This document shows, piece by piece, positions 37,656 through 49,422 of a stretch of DNA of 64,000 bases. A model generated the notes under the pieces. That model did not search any database. It had not been told where the DNA came from and worked only from the letters and a program-made list of their open reading frames with translations. Source of the stretch: Cirrosporium novae-zelandiae (Eukaryota); assembly GCA_026023565.1 (NCBI GenBank), contig JAPETS010000002.1:806001-870000 (forward strand), written 5' to 3'. How positions within the stretch are numbered: position 1 is the first letter of the stretch; each line of letters begins with the position of its first letter. The translations under genes and the position numbers were made by a program.

Positions 37656-39042
37656 CTACTCCATCTTCTGGACCCCTTTCAGCCTCTCTTCCCACTCTTC
37701 TCTTAATTGTTCCATATTTTCCCAGCATAATCTCCCTACTTCTTCAAACCTTTCTCTATCTTCCGCTGTCAAAATTTTGGCGTTTTTCCTTCTCCCGCTC
37801 TGCATCACCTTAGTGATCTTCTCCCCTATCTTCCCGCCCCATCCCCACTCGTCCACTTCCGTCCTCTGCACCCTCTCGTGCCCCCATATATCTGTACTGC
37901 TTCCCCATTTCCCGGCTCCTGCGCCGTCTTCGCTTTCCATAGCATCAAGTGTGGATTGTGGGGTCAATGCTAACCAAACTGGCGCAGTCGCACCTAAGTA
38001 CGCTTTACAGGTATGCCATGGACTTCCCAGAAATCTTGCTAGCATAAATGCACAATTCATGAAAAATATTAAAATTGGATGTAGCGGAACAATATTCGTA
38101 GCACATATACCGGGATGGGAGACGTACAATCGAGGTTTCGTGCTCGGTTCTAGGATGGAAGAAGGGGGTGTGAGGAAGCGGTTTACCCATGGCGAAGTGG
38201 AGGGAAGGGTCCCGGAGATGAATAGAATATCTGTAAGGCGTTTGACGTGCTCGTAGGCCTCCATTGCTCGAAGGCCTTGGAGGTCCGTAGACGAGAATTT
38301 AGGAGCGATGGCCTCGATGCTAGAGATCCAGATTATGCGTCCTGGGGAGTCAACTGAATGACGAGATAGCAGAGACATGATATAGTGAACGAGCATATAG
38401 TGCCCGAAGAGATTGGAACAAAACACTTCGCCCAGAGGAGGTTCCTTAGCCACAACAGTTTCGGTAGCCGGAAATTGGGGTTGTGTAAGATATCCAACGC
38501 GGGATAGCTTAAAGCGCGGCCATGTTACAGCATGAGGGATGTCAGTCAGGACGGACCAGATTGCGACAGGCCAATTGATGCCTGTGAATCCTGGGTTTCC
38601 AGCATTGAGGAAGACGGCGTCAAGTTTGGGAATAGAGGAAAGAAGCCTTTGACTGAGTGCTTTCACAGATATGAGAGAGCTGAGATCAACAGTCTCTGTT
38701 CGAATTGTGATTCGGCTCTTTCCCTCATTATTCTTCAATCGTTTTTTTAGCAATTCAATGGTATTATCGCCCTTCCTTTTACTTCTTGTGGTAATGATGA
38801 GAACGAGCGACTGTGACTTCGGCCGCAATTGAAGAAATTCGTCAATGAGACGACAACAAAGGGCGAAGCCGAGACCCCTGAATTACTAGGAAATATCACT
38901 GGTCAGTATTGGAAAGAAGGCCGTTACTTGAAAGTACAAGAAGTACAAGTCAGCACCAGAAAGGAATGGGTGCATACCCATTTGCTCCTGTCACCAAAGC
39001 ATACATGCAATCATTAAAACCCGACTCTGATATATCGCCCAT
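37656..39042 (-). CDS. ERG27: 3-keto-steroid reductase (SDR family)
   Basis: ALVTGAN|GGLGFALCCRLI (intron about 38977-38878), IITTRS, LDAVFLNAG, VFCSNLFGHY, IIWISSIEA, YEHVKRLTD, HPGIC.T and RFLGSPWH motifs. Confidence 0.9.
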
Positions 39043-39689
39043 TTCGAGGAGTGGAGATGTGACTTGGTGAAGTGATATATCATGAATTATTATTATTATA
39101 TGGACTCTGAGGGGAGTACAGTGTACTGTACAATATAGTACCCCAGCACACCTAGAAAATTATATCGTGCAACGTAGAGAGCAATAAACCCGATCCGAAA
39201 ATCCGTCAGAACATCAAAAAGGTTCGCCCTAAAAGTTCCTTAAAGTTCCCTCTGGACTCTTTTATGTCATTGGCTAGTTTCAACAACATGTTAACTTGGT
39301 ATTACAGTTGCTTTAAACAGAGATAGAGGGAGAGAGAAATATGATATCATATAAAATTAGGTAATTAGCTACCATCAAGGCAATAGATAGAACATTCATT
39401 AAATGCCTCCCACCCATATGTTTCGGCCGTCATCCCGGCGACTGGTAGAACACTATTAATAGTATCCCGAAGATAGAGATATTTTTGCAAATATCTCTCA
39501 AGGAGTGAATATCTGCTATGCTGTTAGGTCCAACATTGGACTATTTCAAGCCTCTTTATCGATATCCACAAGTTCAAATGTAATCCTATCACTAGGAAAA
39601 GTGGGGTTTCATAACAACTAGGACCTTGGTATTCCCTTCTTCCAGCCAATGCATGCAGACTATTCATTTTCTACCGTGGGAATCTATGC

Positions 39690-40714
39690 CTAAAAAGCTC
39701 CTCGGAATTGATCTAGGATCCGCTGTCCCATCCCTCTAGCTCGCCGTCTTCCCCCGGTCCTCCCTCGTACTTCATCATCCGCCTCTACCCCACTTGCCTC
39801 GGCCGCGCCAGCAACTTCTCCCTCTAACCGCCTCCTCAACCCTTCATATTGCTCAGTAACCTCTCCCCCCTCCTTCCATAACCAATTTGGTATCCTCCAT
39901 TGCGAAATGCGTGGTGGTGGTAAAATTTCCGCCCGCCATAGATGCCCAACCAGGAAACCCGTGGCGGCAGGGAGGAGGGAACTCGGGAATTGTGAGAGGG
40001 CAAGTTGGAGACCCAGGAGGTATGTCGGAGATTTGGAGGTGAATGAAAGGGTAGGTGGTGATGATAGAGAACCTGTAGATGGTGTTGAAGGGAGGGTTGT
40101 TGTAAGGTGGTAGGTGTATGTCGGTGGGATTATGGCATGGTACTGAGCTATGATTGAGAATATGACGGCAGTAGGGCCGGCAGGGAGGTAATTGAGGCGA
40201 TTAAATGAGAACGGGCGGAGGACGAGGGAGAGGAGGAGAGGGGTAAGAATACTCGTATACGGTAGTGTAGCAGCGAGAAATGACTAGCAGAGTGAAATTG
40301 GCCTTTTAGTCATAAACCGGGCAATGCATGAGAGGGTTTGGTCCTTACTGCGAATTTGCGTGAACCCCAGAGCCGTTCGATGATGCGGAGATTATATATG
40401 GTCATTGTCGCGAAGAGAACCTCGCTCGAGTTGAGATAGCATAGCTATCGAGTAGTAAATTCATTAGCCTCGTTAAAATATCGAGCTTGCCTTGAGTATT
40501 CCTTGGATATTGTGGAAGTACAAGATGCTTGTTGAAGACAACTTACCTGCCAAGTCAGGAGTCTCCATACTTGCTGATATCTCCAGAGGTGGGGATCAAC
40601 AAGGATGAAAAAGAGGTACTTTGTATCGGTGATAGTAGTGATTATTGAGGAAGTAATAATAGAAACAAGGAGGAATTTAGATATAGGCGCATTCGTAAAG
40701 CCAGAGGTTAGCAT
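39690..40714 (-). CDS. Dsc2/UBAC2-like rhomboid-fold membrane protein (Dsc E3 ligase subunit)
   Basis: [41 protein letters not shown]...[13 protein letters not shown]|...[32 protein letters not shown], ending ILDQFRGAF*; two introns. Confidence 0.75.
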
Positions 40715-41691
40715 TTTGGAGGAGGGTGAGAGAGAGAGATAGTTAGCGCGGGGATCAGGCTTGGTGTTGATTGATCAATTGATGGGCATATCTAATCCAT
40801 GAGATCAAGCTGGTCAAACCTAGAATCCCGTTTTAAAGGTAAGTACACAGTATTAATTTTTAATGAATGGTATTTTGAAATCTATTTGATCTAGCTACGT
40901 TTCCTTTTCCATATAGAAACAAGCGATCTGATAGGCTTTGGGCAATTTACCTCATGACCCACCAACCCAACATCAGTTTTAATTCCTGAACGTCTTCAAA
41001 CACTAATCTCAGCTCACTTGTCTAAGGGAGCTTGGGATAATCCATTTCAGGGAAATCATATCAGCACTCTCTATACAGTATAACCTTTGGTATCTACAAT
41101 ACGGTTCAAAGTATCCAACCCTCAAGGAACCCGTCCCTAACAGTTTTTGAATCGTTTCTTTTTGATATCTAGCCATCGAGCCAATATCTTAAATTACACG
41201 TAGAGAATCCCGCACCCTCCTCCAAGAAAAACCTCGAATTATCACGAGGACATATCTATCACGTCTGATGGTCCCCCACCTCCAACACCGCTTGCATCAA
41301 GCAAAGGGAAAAAAAGGTCCCGCCAATAGCAGCAACACCGCTAAAAATGCTCACACACGACGTGCACTCGTCGTAGATATCTGTCAAAGGAAGAAGGAAG
41401 GAAGAAAAGGCCGTCATGTTTGACACGTTCACACGACGAAAGTAATAGCACACCATAGGCGATGCAGAAAGGGAGTAAAGCAGATAATATAAAAAAAGCC
41501 GTCTCTTTTCCGTTGCGTGAAATAATCAGGTAGGTATTCGACGACAGAAAAAACGACCGTGGACATGTTCAAGGAAAAAGCGCCGACGCCACTGTGCCTG
41601 AGATCGCAAGGATGTTCTCCTGGCAAAGTTATGACATTACTCGTGTATTGGTATAATTTCGATATATGGAAATAAACAAGGCTCATAACGG

Positions 41692-43982
41692 TTATTCTGA
41701 GCATCCATTAAGCAGTGTATTTTTCGGCCAGTCGTTACCAGCATCCGACCTATGACTAATGTTAGACTGCGATTTACCATCTCTAGAATTGAGCTTACCA
41801 GCTTGTGAGATTTGCGTTGGCGTAGGCCTTTGGATGGTTCGCAATATATGATGTTGTAGGGTATCCATCCGGATTACATGTTATAGACTCATCGTCGGAA
41901 TTTTGATAGATACGAACATAGTCGATCCTCATGGTAGCAGGCATCAGTTCCGCAAGCCCAGTAAGGTTAAGTTGTGAGAAACTGGTAGACATTCCGAAGT
42001 TGAGGATGATCGACAATGGCTCTTCGGGCATGACCCGCTGACCGACATTGCCGTTTGGTCCAAGCGCTCGGGCATCGAGTGTCCATGTGGGATCCTCTCC
42101 AACAAACCAGGTAATATAACCTGAGTCTCCAGTCTCATATTCAAATGCGTATACTTGGTAGGCATTGCCGTCATACCAATCATTGTTGAGATGGGTAAGA
42201 GCAGATACCGACTGCTGGTAGTTTCCACCTCTGTAGGTATTTTGCATGGTGATCTGTGAGTCGTAGATTGCGACGAAATCTTGAAATACAATTATTATAG
42301 AACATAAACGCCATATTGCAGGGGAACTTACCATAATTTGGCGCATACCAAATATCGTAAGGAGCGGCTTGGAATGACTGGGACACAGACCCAATCGCAT
42401 TTGTTACACCAGGACCAAGATATGCAACACTGGCTTCGATAACATCAATTTCGGGTGCTGACCTTGATTTCCCTTGATTCGGATGATCCTCTCCCGAGCA
42501 AGTACAAGAGGGTAGGCGCATTCCTGGTAACCAATTTATACCATCAGGACTACTTTGGTTTGGCGTTATACCAGCGTCGCATGTATCTTCGTAACTATAA
42601 GGCCAAAGGCCATCGGTTGTGGCAGCATATCCCGGTCTTCCAAGGTTTCCCATAGCCCAAAAGCCAGGCCAGAAGCCGATAGTGTCTCCCCTTCCCGGCA
42701 AAGAGATACTTGCTTCCAAGCGACCTCCTTTAAAACACAATTTATTCCAGGATTGCATCATTCCGGATCGATAATTCAAGTTATGATTCTGGAAGGCATC
42801 AAACCGAAGCTCGAGAACACCATCTTTTGTCGTGGCGGCATCTGGATCGTACCACTAAAAGTAAAAATGAGTACGGATGTATTATTAGCACAGAATAAAG
42901 TAATTCTCACCTCCAAATCCTCTGTGACACCGTACCACAAATCGACTGCCTGCCAATATGGGTCGTCGCCATCATAGAACGTTCGTCCGTCAGTGTTGAA
43001 TTCGTCAGAGTACTAGGTAAGATTAGAATCAGGAGGACACACAAAAGGACTTTGGTACTCACCACCAGAGTCCAGGTGTCACCACTGGCAGTTTTTTTGG
43101 ATTTTGCAGAATCAGGAGTATCGGGATCTATTAAGCCTGTTCGTATATTCTTGAGTAGTGACCTATCCCCCACATTAAGACAATTGGACAGCCCAGCACA
43201 TGGATTGCTGGCATTAATTTTGTCTTGTACAAAGGTTCTAGGTAATTGATCAGTTAGCGCCCAGTTCATCTTCACTACCAACCAAGCGTGATAATCCGAT
43301 AACGGTAGTATTTGCCAGGATAGAGAACTTACATTATGGGATATCCAATAAATAGGAATAAAACTCCAATTGTTATGAAAACAAGACCTCCGACATTGAC
43401 ACATCCTCTTCTTGTGCATATGTCACATTCTAGGTCCCTTTCCTTGTCGTTAGGATCTGGATTATGCAACCAATCATCCTTTTCAACATCTTCTGGAAAC
43501 AGCAATAACCCGGCAGAAGGCAAAATGTTGTATTTTTCGGATACTGTCTGGGTGTTGACATTGTCATCATCACTATCCGCTCTCGAAGGTGATCTCGAGT
43601 CGTCGAACGGATTCATTATTGCGCTATCCCGACTTCCGGCATCCGAACTCCAGCTCGTCCTCCGCGACGACTGACCGGATGGAATGGGCGATGGTAAAGC
43701 AGAGTCATCGTCCCGGTATCTATGCGTTCTTGACCGTGACGGGGGGAGTAATCGTTCGTCTGAGTTGACTATTTGAGGAGACGTGGCGTTATAGATGCCG
43801 CTTGCTCCTTGTGTAGGAATTGTAGAAGGGGCAGTTGGAGGTCTTGACGGTACTAGTGTTCGTGAATGAGGGGCAGCGGCGGCGGTGGAAGGTCTAGCAG
43901 CATCTCCTGCGTTTAGGTCTGAATTAGAGGAGTTAAGTCTAATGTGAGGAGGAGCTCGAGGGGGCGAATCGGGTGAGGACAT
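41692..43982 (-). CDS. KRE6: Beta-1,6-glucan synthesis-associated protein KRE6/SKN1 (GH16-like, type II membrane)
   Basis: [19 protein letters not shown]...LFIGYP TM segment, [67 protein letters not shown]; last exon ...[12 protein letters not shown]. Confidence 0.95.
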
Positions 43983-46865
43983 GGCAGCGAGTGACGACGA
44001 GGGAAGAGGTTATCGCCTTTTCAGACGAGGAGAAGAGTTGTGGTTTATGACCCAATATCGTGTATGAAGATTCGAGGAATTCAAAGGACGAAGAATGTAA
44101 CGAAGAATGGCGATGCCGCGGTCGCAAAGAAAGTAAGGATCCAGCCCCCCTCCTGCCCAAATTGCCTTTGGTAAAAAAGACTGCCGGATCTATATCGACA
44201 GGATTGAAAGGCCAAAGAACTGTAGTTTATGGTATTCACTGTGGTGTACTTTTTTTTTCTATTTTCGGAGAAGAATTTGGGAATGTTGATAGTTAAGCGG
44301 CGCGACGAAAGGGAAGGTTGATGGTTGATCTCCTATCCAACGAATGTGAGGGTCCTTGGAACAACGACGTTACGGAAACAATGAAGGAATCCGTTTTGAA
44401 GGTGACGTCGGAAAAACAGGACCATAAAACAGAAGGCAACCCAAGTGAAGGTTACTGGGTGTGTTTATTTTTTATTTTTATTTTTTGTTGATGATGCTGG
44501 CTGTTCGTCGTTTCTGGACAGAAGAAGTTACAGCATGAGCATTGCAAAAGGCACGAGTAGCAGGAGAAAACAATACCTTTAGGTCTTGGCACTCAATCCA
44601 GTGGCCAGTGTGCAGGGCCAGTTGAAAAGATTCCTTTGAGATGGTTATCCTAACTTGGGTGTCCTGTCCTGGTCAAGCAAGACTTTTTGGCTGGGAATTG
44701 GGTAAAAAGCAGATCAAGCGAGCCAATCTAAAGGTTATCCCTTTTCGGGCCACCACAACTTTTGGAACCTTGAAAACAAATAATGAATTATTAACTAAAA
44801 CGAGACAGGTAACTATGTAAACTATCTAATATCGAGATAACTGGATCATTGGTCTATATATTGTTTTTCTCTTCCTCTTCCTCCTTCTCTCCCAGATAGA
44901 GAGATAGAGAATGGAAGAAAAAAAAGAGAAAAGGCGAGAGATGAAATGAAGTTAGGTAGTTGGTTCAGCTTCAGCTTCAGCTACCTTTGAACAATGTAAA
45001 TCAATTTAGTTACCATTACTTACCACTCGTACAAACACCCGCATTCTCCTAATTCTCTTGTCAAGGTGGATTTGTTCTGCACATGCTGCACTTGTTGCAC
45101 AGCCTTCTCTCGCCATGCTCGCCATGTTCGCCTTTCTCTCAGTCATCTATGAAGACCTGAAATTTACTGGTATCTGTCATTACCGGTCATTACCAAAACC
45201 TTACCTCTCTTCTTTGGTCTAATTGCCAACAAAGTGCGACCTCGGGAATCGGGAAATATCTTAACGGTATTATACCATTATTACACAATACACGGTTTCA
45301 CGGATTCAACAGGGTAAATGGGGTTAATGGGCACTGGGAAAAGACCCAAGATGGACCGGAGATGAGACAACGCGTAACAACACCAAGTGGATTCTTTTTC
45401 TCTTTACTTCAGTTTTGCTTAACTGAATTTGCTACTAAAATTATCCCAGGATGGGTTACTTACATTCCTATCAATTGATATCATTGGTCGGGCCTACACT
45501 AGGGCAGGAACAATTGCTTCATACTCGATGATCCCATCACGCCTATCCAATGCAACAGCATCTAAGCTACACCAGAAGCCTCTCAGAAGTTAGAAGCCTC
45601 CCATAACTTTACCCACCCCCCGTCACACCCCCCGTCACACCCCCCTGTCATTCCTACTGAGCCTTGCCAATTATCACCAGCCGTTTTGCCTTTTTTTGCC
45701 TTTGAAATGTTTCCGCTACTAAAGTATTCAAGCATCATCATCATCAATCATCATATTTTATTTAACTTAACAAAACTTCTGATTAACCTTATGCAACTTT
45801 GTCCTTTATCTCTCTGCCGTTTTGCCCCTGTGTTGCAGCAATCGCCGCAACACCCGCAAGAATGACCTTGTCCAATCCTTGCCAAGTTGCTGATTGTGAG
45901 AAGTTGGATCGCCAGTACCGTAATCTGCCACTTTCCCATTAATCTGCCACCATCCAAAGTCCCCCCTCCCCCTTTTTTTTTTTTTTTTTTTTCATTCAAT
46001 CTTCCGGTTCGTTACATCTCTTGGCTTCTGACACACCTTTTTCAATACTATTGTGCAATAATCTCAAACTCTTAGTTAAGTACTCGCCACAATCCTCAAC
46101 CGCCTTGGCTTCACACGTGTCTGAATAATTATATTATTTTAGAAGTCTCAATAGTCAATGTCGTTATTTCACACCCAAACCAACCCCTTATTTTTCTTAT
46201 TTTTTCTGCCTATTTCTAAAATCTGATATGCTCACTAGCTACTTTGCTTCGGCTTGCTACGCCCTCGGGAGGTTGCATGCATGCAGCTGTTACCATGTGC
46301 AACATCAAATGCCTCTTGTCCACTCGGTCCCAAAAACTTGATGCCTCTACCTGCTATTATGTATGCACTCCACAGGTCGGCAGTGGTCGAGATTCTGAAC
46401 CGGCCAAGGACGTGTGGACTAAATCTAAGTAATAATTCATCCCATGATTCTAACAACCCTAAGTCGTTCTAAATGATATATATTTCATCGTATTCGCAAC
46501 ATGGCTTTCGGGTTTCTATGGCAACGTAGACACTGACGATAATATTAGTTGATTTGTAAAAAATATTGCATGTGTTAAAAGCTAGTTGCATCATTCATAT
46601 TGCGTAGCCTAAGCCTATCTTATCATTCTATTACGAGTTTGTTGACTTGGTCCACGTTATGTAGGCTGACCAGATCCAAAAAGCACATCATAAAACTAGG
46701 ACCACCCGTGTGTCGTGTCTTGATATGGCCTTGATCCCTATCACAGATATAACAAATAAGGGAGTTTACATTATCATGGTTGCCCACAGCATATTTTCAA
46801 TCTGAAGGCACAGTGCCTATAAATGGTAGGTATAGCTGTCAAAGCCTCAAGTTGGAAGCAGAACT

Positions 46866-47421
46866 CTAGCTTTCTACCGCCTTTGCTTTCAAACCCACGA
46901 TTCTCGAGGATTTTTCATCAAGACTAACAACGTAGTACTCTGCTCTAGTACTTCCATGACGGATTCTGAAGACGCTCGCATCACCACTTCCTGCCTTTTT
47001 GACAGCATCTAGGACGTCATCGTATTCTCCTCTGGGGTCGAAGTCCTTGGCGCTTAATACTGACACATCAGATTTGTGATCTATGAGATCTCGAAATTCA
47101 TCTGTTCGAAACAGAACCGTTTTTAGCAAGGATCGTAATACTTGACGTGCAGATTATAAGAAATAACAAACTAATGGAAAAGTATTCTCTGGTACCTTTA
47201 GATGGCAAGTTCTTCCCATCCCATTTCAAGCTCACAGGCCCAAACGGTTCATCCGCGTCCGAAACGTAATATTTTTCGACTTTCTGCAAGGCTACAGGAA
47301 TTTCAGTGTTGACAGCCTTGGTAGCAACAACAGCAGAACTTGCTTTCGTGGAGGATTCGCTAGCGCCAGTATCTTGATTTGCTTTTTCAAGGAAAGCAGC
47401 GTAGTCTGCGTCTGAAGACAT
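46866..47421 (-). CDS. 153-aa conserved fungal protein resembling the Nuclease A inhibitor (NuiA) fold
   Basis: Exons 47421-47196 and 47101-46866 (intron GTACCA...CAG). MSSDADYAAFLEKANQD...YYVSDADEPF.PV...VFRI.HGSTRAEYYVV......IVGLKAKAVES*. The motifs resemble recalled NuiA segments (YMSESDYPF; GLxTxxVET). Confidence 0.65.
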
Positions 47422-47978
47422 GGCTACTTGACGATAACTCGTAAATGATTTCCTGTCAGGTTGCGACACTTTGGGAGCAAGGATTTGATAAAAATAGTTG
47501 GATGATCTCCAAGGTCGCAATGCGGTTTGGGAGAGAATAATTTTCCAGCTTCTCATGCTATTTGACTTGTTGAATCATGAAGGCTTTCCCAACTTTTAGC
47601 ATATGCAATATAGCAATGACGCAATTGACGCCAAGATCACAGTCTATTTGTGCAGCCCTCCCACCATATTTTCCGCCTTAGGCAATAAATTGCATTTGAG
47701 GTTTACCAAATACGAAGGACGGCGTATCCTGTGTGCCTAGCTACTGTGTGCGAATATGCAAGGATTTGAAGACGTAATTGACATGAAGTTGGTCTGATTC
47801 TAGTTCGCCTGACCTACGTTAACTGAGCTAACGCTCACTAATGACCGCATCTTCAACGTGTCGACCCTTTTGTCATTTCCCCATCTTCATCCGCTAGGTC
47901 CTTATTCGTGAGTATAAAATTTTTAAAAAGCATCGCCCATACACCATTATGAAAGCCTTATCATTTCCCAACAGACCT

Positions 47979-49422
47979 TTATGAAGAAGGCTCAACATCC
48001 TTCTTGAGCGTTCCAAGGAACTAGAAATTAACTCGTTAGAAAGATTTATCGAAATGGATTCGTTATCGAATCTTACCTGATGCTTCTCAGCAGGTGTTTG
48101 GTAGGCACCGTGGCCAAATTTGGATGAAGTGTCGATCCACTTGAGATCGACCTTCTCCAGATGCCTACGGCTAGTATGTGTGAACATCGATTTACGAAGA
48201 GTTATTACCCGCTTCTTAACACCTGGAACCGAGCCCTTGACCAGAACGAAATCGTTCTTAACCTCACCATATTTAACGAATCCACCCATTCTAGGGCAAA
48301 TATTAACAAGGTTCTTCAAACACCAACTGGACATAACTTACGGAGTAATTTGCTTCTTGGTGATATCGAGTTCGGTTGCGGCATTGCCCTCATCACTGCC
48401 CTTGCCAATACGGTAGACCTTGTGGTTGACAGATGTTCTGTGGTGATAACCATCTTGACCAGCACGAGCGACAGTCCATTGTACGTGGGAAGGATGCCAT
48501 GCTCCAATACAAGCAACCTTTCGGAGACCCTTGTGCGTCTTTCTTGGTAGCTTCTTGGTGCCCCATCTGCTAGTAACACCTTGGAATCCATGACCCTTGG
48601 TGACCGCAATGCAGTCAATCATCTCATCTTGCTCGAATATGCTGTCAATCTCAATAGGCTTCTCGAACAGTCCGTGGGCAAAGTCAACCTTGTCAGTAAC
48701 ACTGCCACCATTGACTTGGATTTCCATCAAATGTGCCTTCTTTTGTTTCAAGGGAGTCTTGCGGATTTGGGTATGTGCGAGCACACGGACAACCGTGCAG
48801 TATTTCTTGATACGTTCAAGCTCCCGGGTGATCGAGCTGGAAGAATTCTCGGCGTGCTTCTTTGCGTATTTTGTGAATGCCTTCTTCTTGCTCTTGTACC
48901 AGTTCTTATAGAACCGTCTCTTTACTTCATCACTTAAATGCTCAGCCCACACGGTAGTAAGGGACCGAAGGCCCCGAGGGGTCTCAATGTAGCCAACAAC
49001 TCCGACAGCAATCATCTGAATTATAATTTTAGTATAATATTTCGCAACTCAATGGGTTTTATATCTTACTGGTGGTGTTTCAATAACTGTAACGGCCTCA
49101 ACGATTTCCTTCTTGTGCATCTTGGCGCCTGGTCGGTCGAGGTCACGAACAATTGTGGTCATGCCGGCCTTGTAGCCCATGGCGGCAGTGAGGTGGACAG
49201 GCTTTTTGGGATCATCTTTAGGGAAGCTGCAACGTATTAGAATATATCTCACTTCAACCCATCTAGAAACAAATACCTCTTGACCTTTCCCCTATGACGA
49301 GCACTACGCTTCCGTGGAAGATAGGCTAGAGAGCCGTGTCTGGGCGCCTCGAACTTTCTAGAGACATATTAGTACTCTAGCTTTTGTATATGGAATTCAG
49401 AATATACTAACCGGTGAGACAT
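47979..49422 (-). CDS. RPL3: 60S ribosomal protein L3 (uL3)
   Basis: [80 protein letters not shown]; five short introns; TAA at 47979-47981. Confidence 0.98.

Noticed and set aside
37501..38256. 251-aa ORF antisense to ERG27, and other antisense ORFs inside VPS13, RRP12, RPL3 and the Uds1-domain gene
   Set aside because: Shadow frames of real genes with no recognisable motifs.
46235..46472. Overlapping short Cys-containing ORFs after an acceptor-like site
   Set aside because: No convincing start, upstream exon or motif; cannot be supported from sequence alone.
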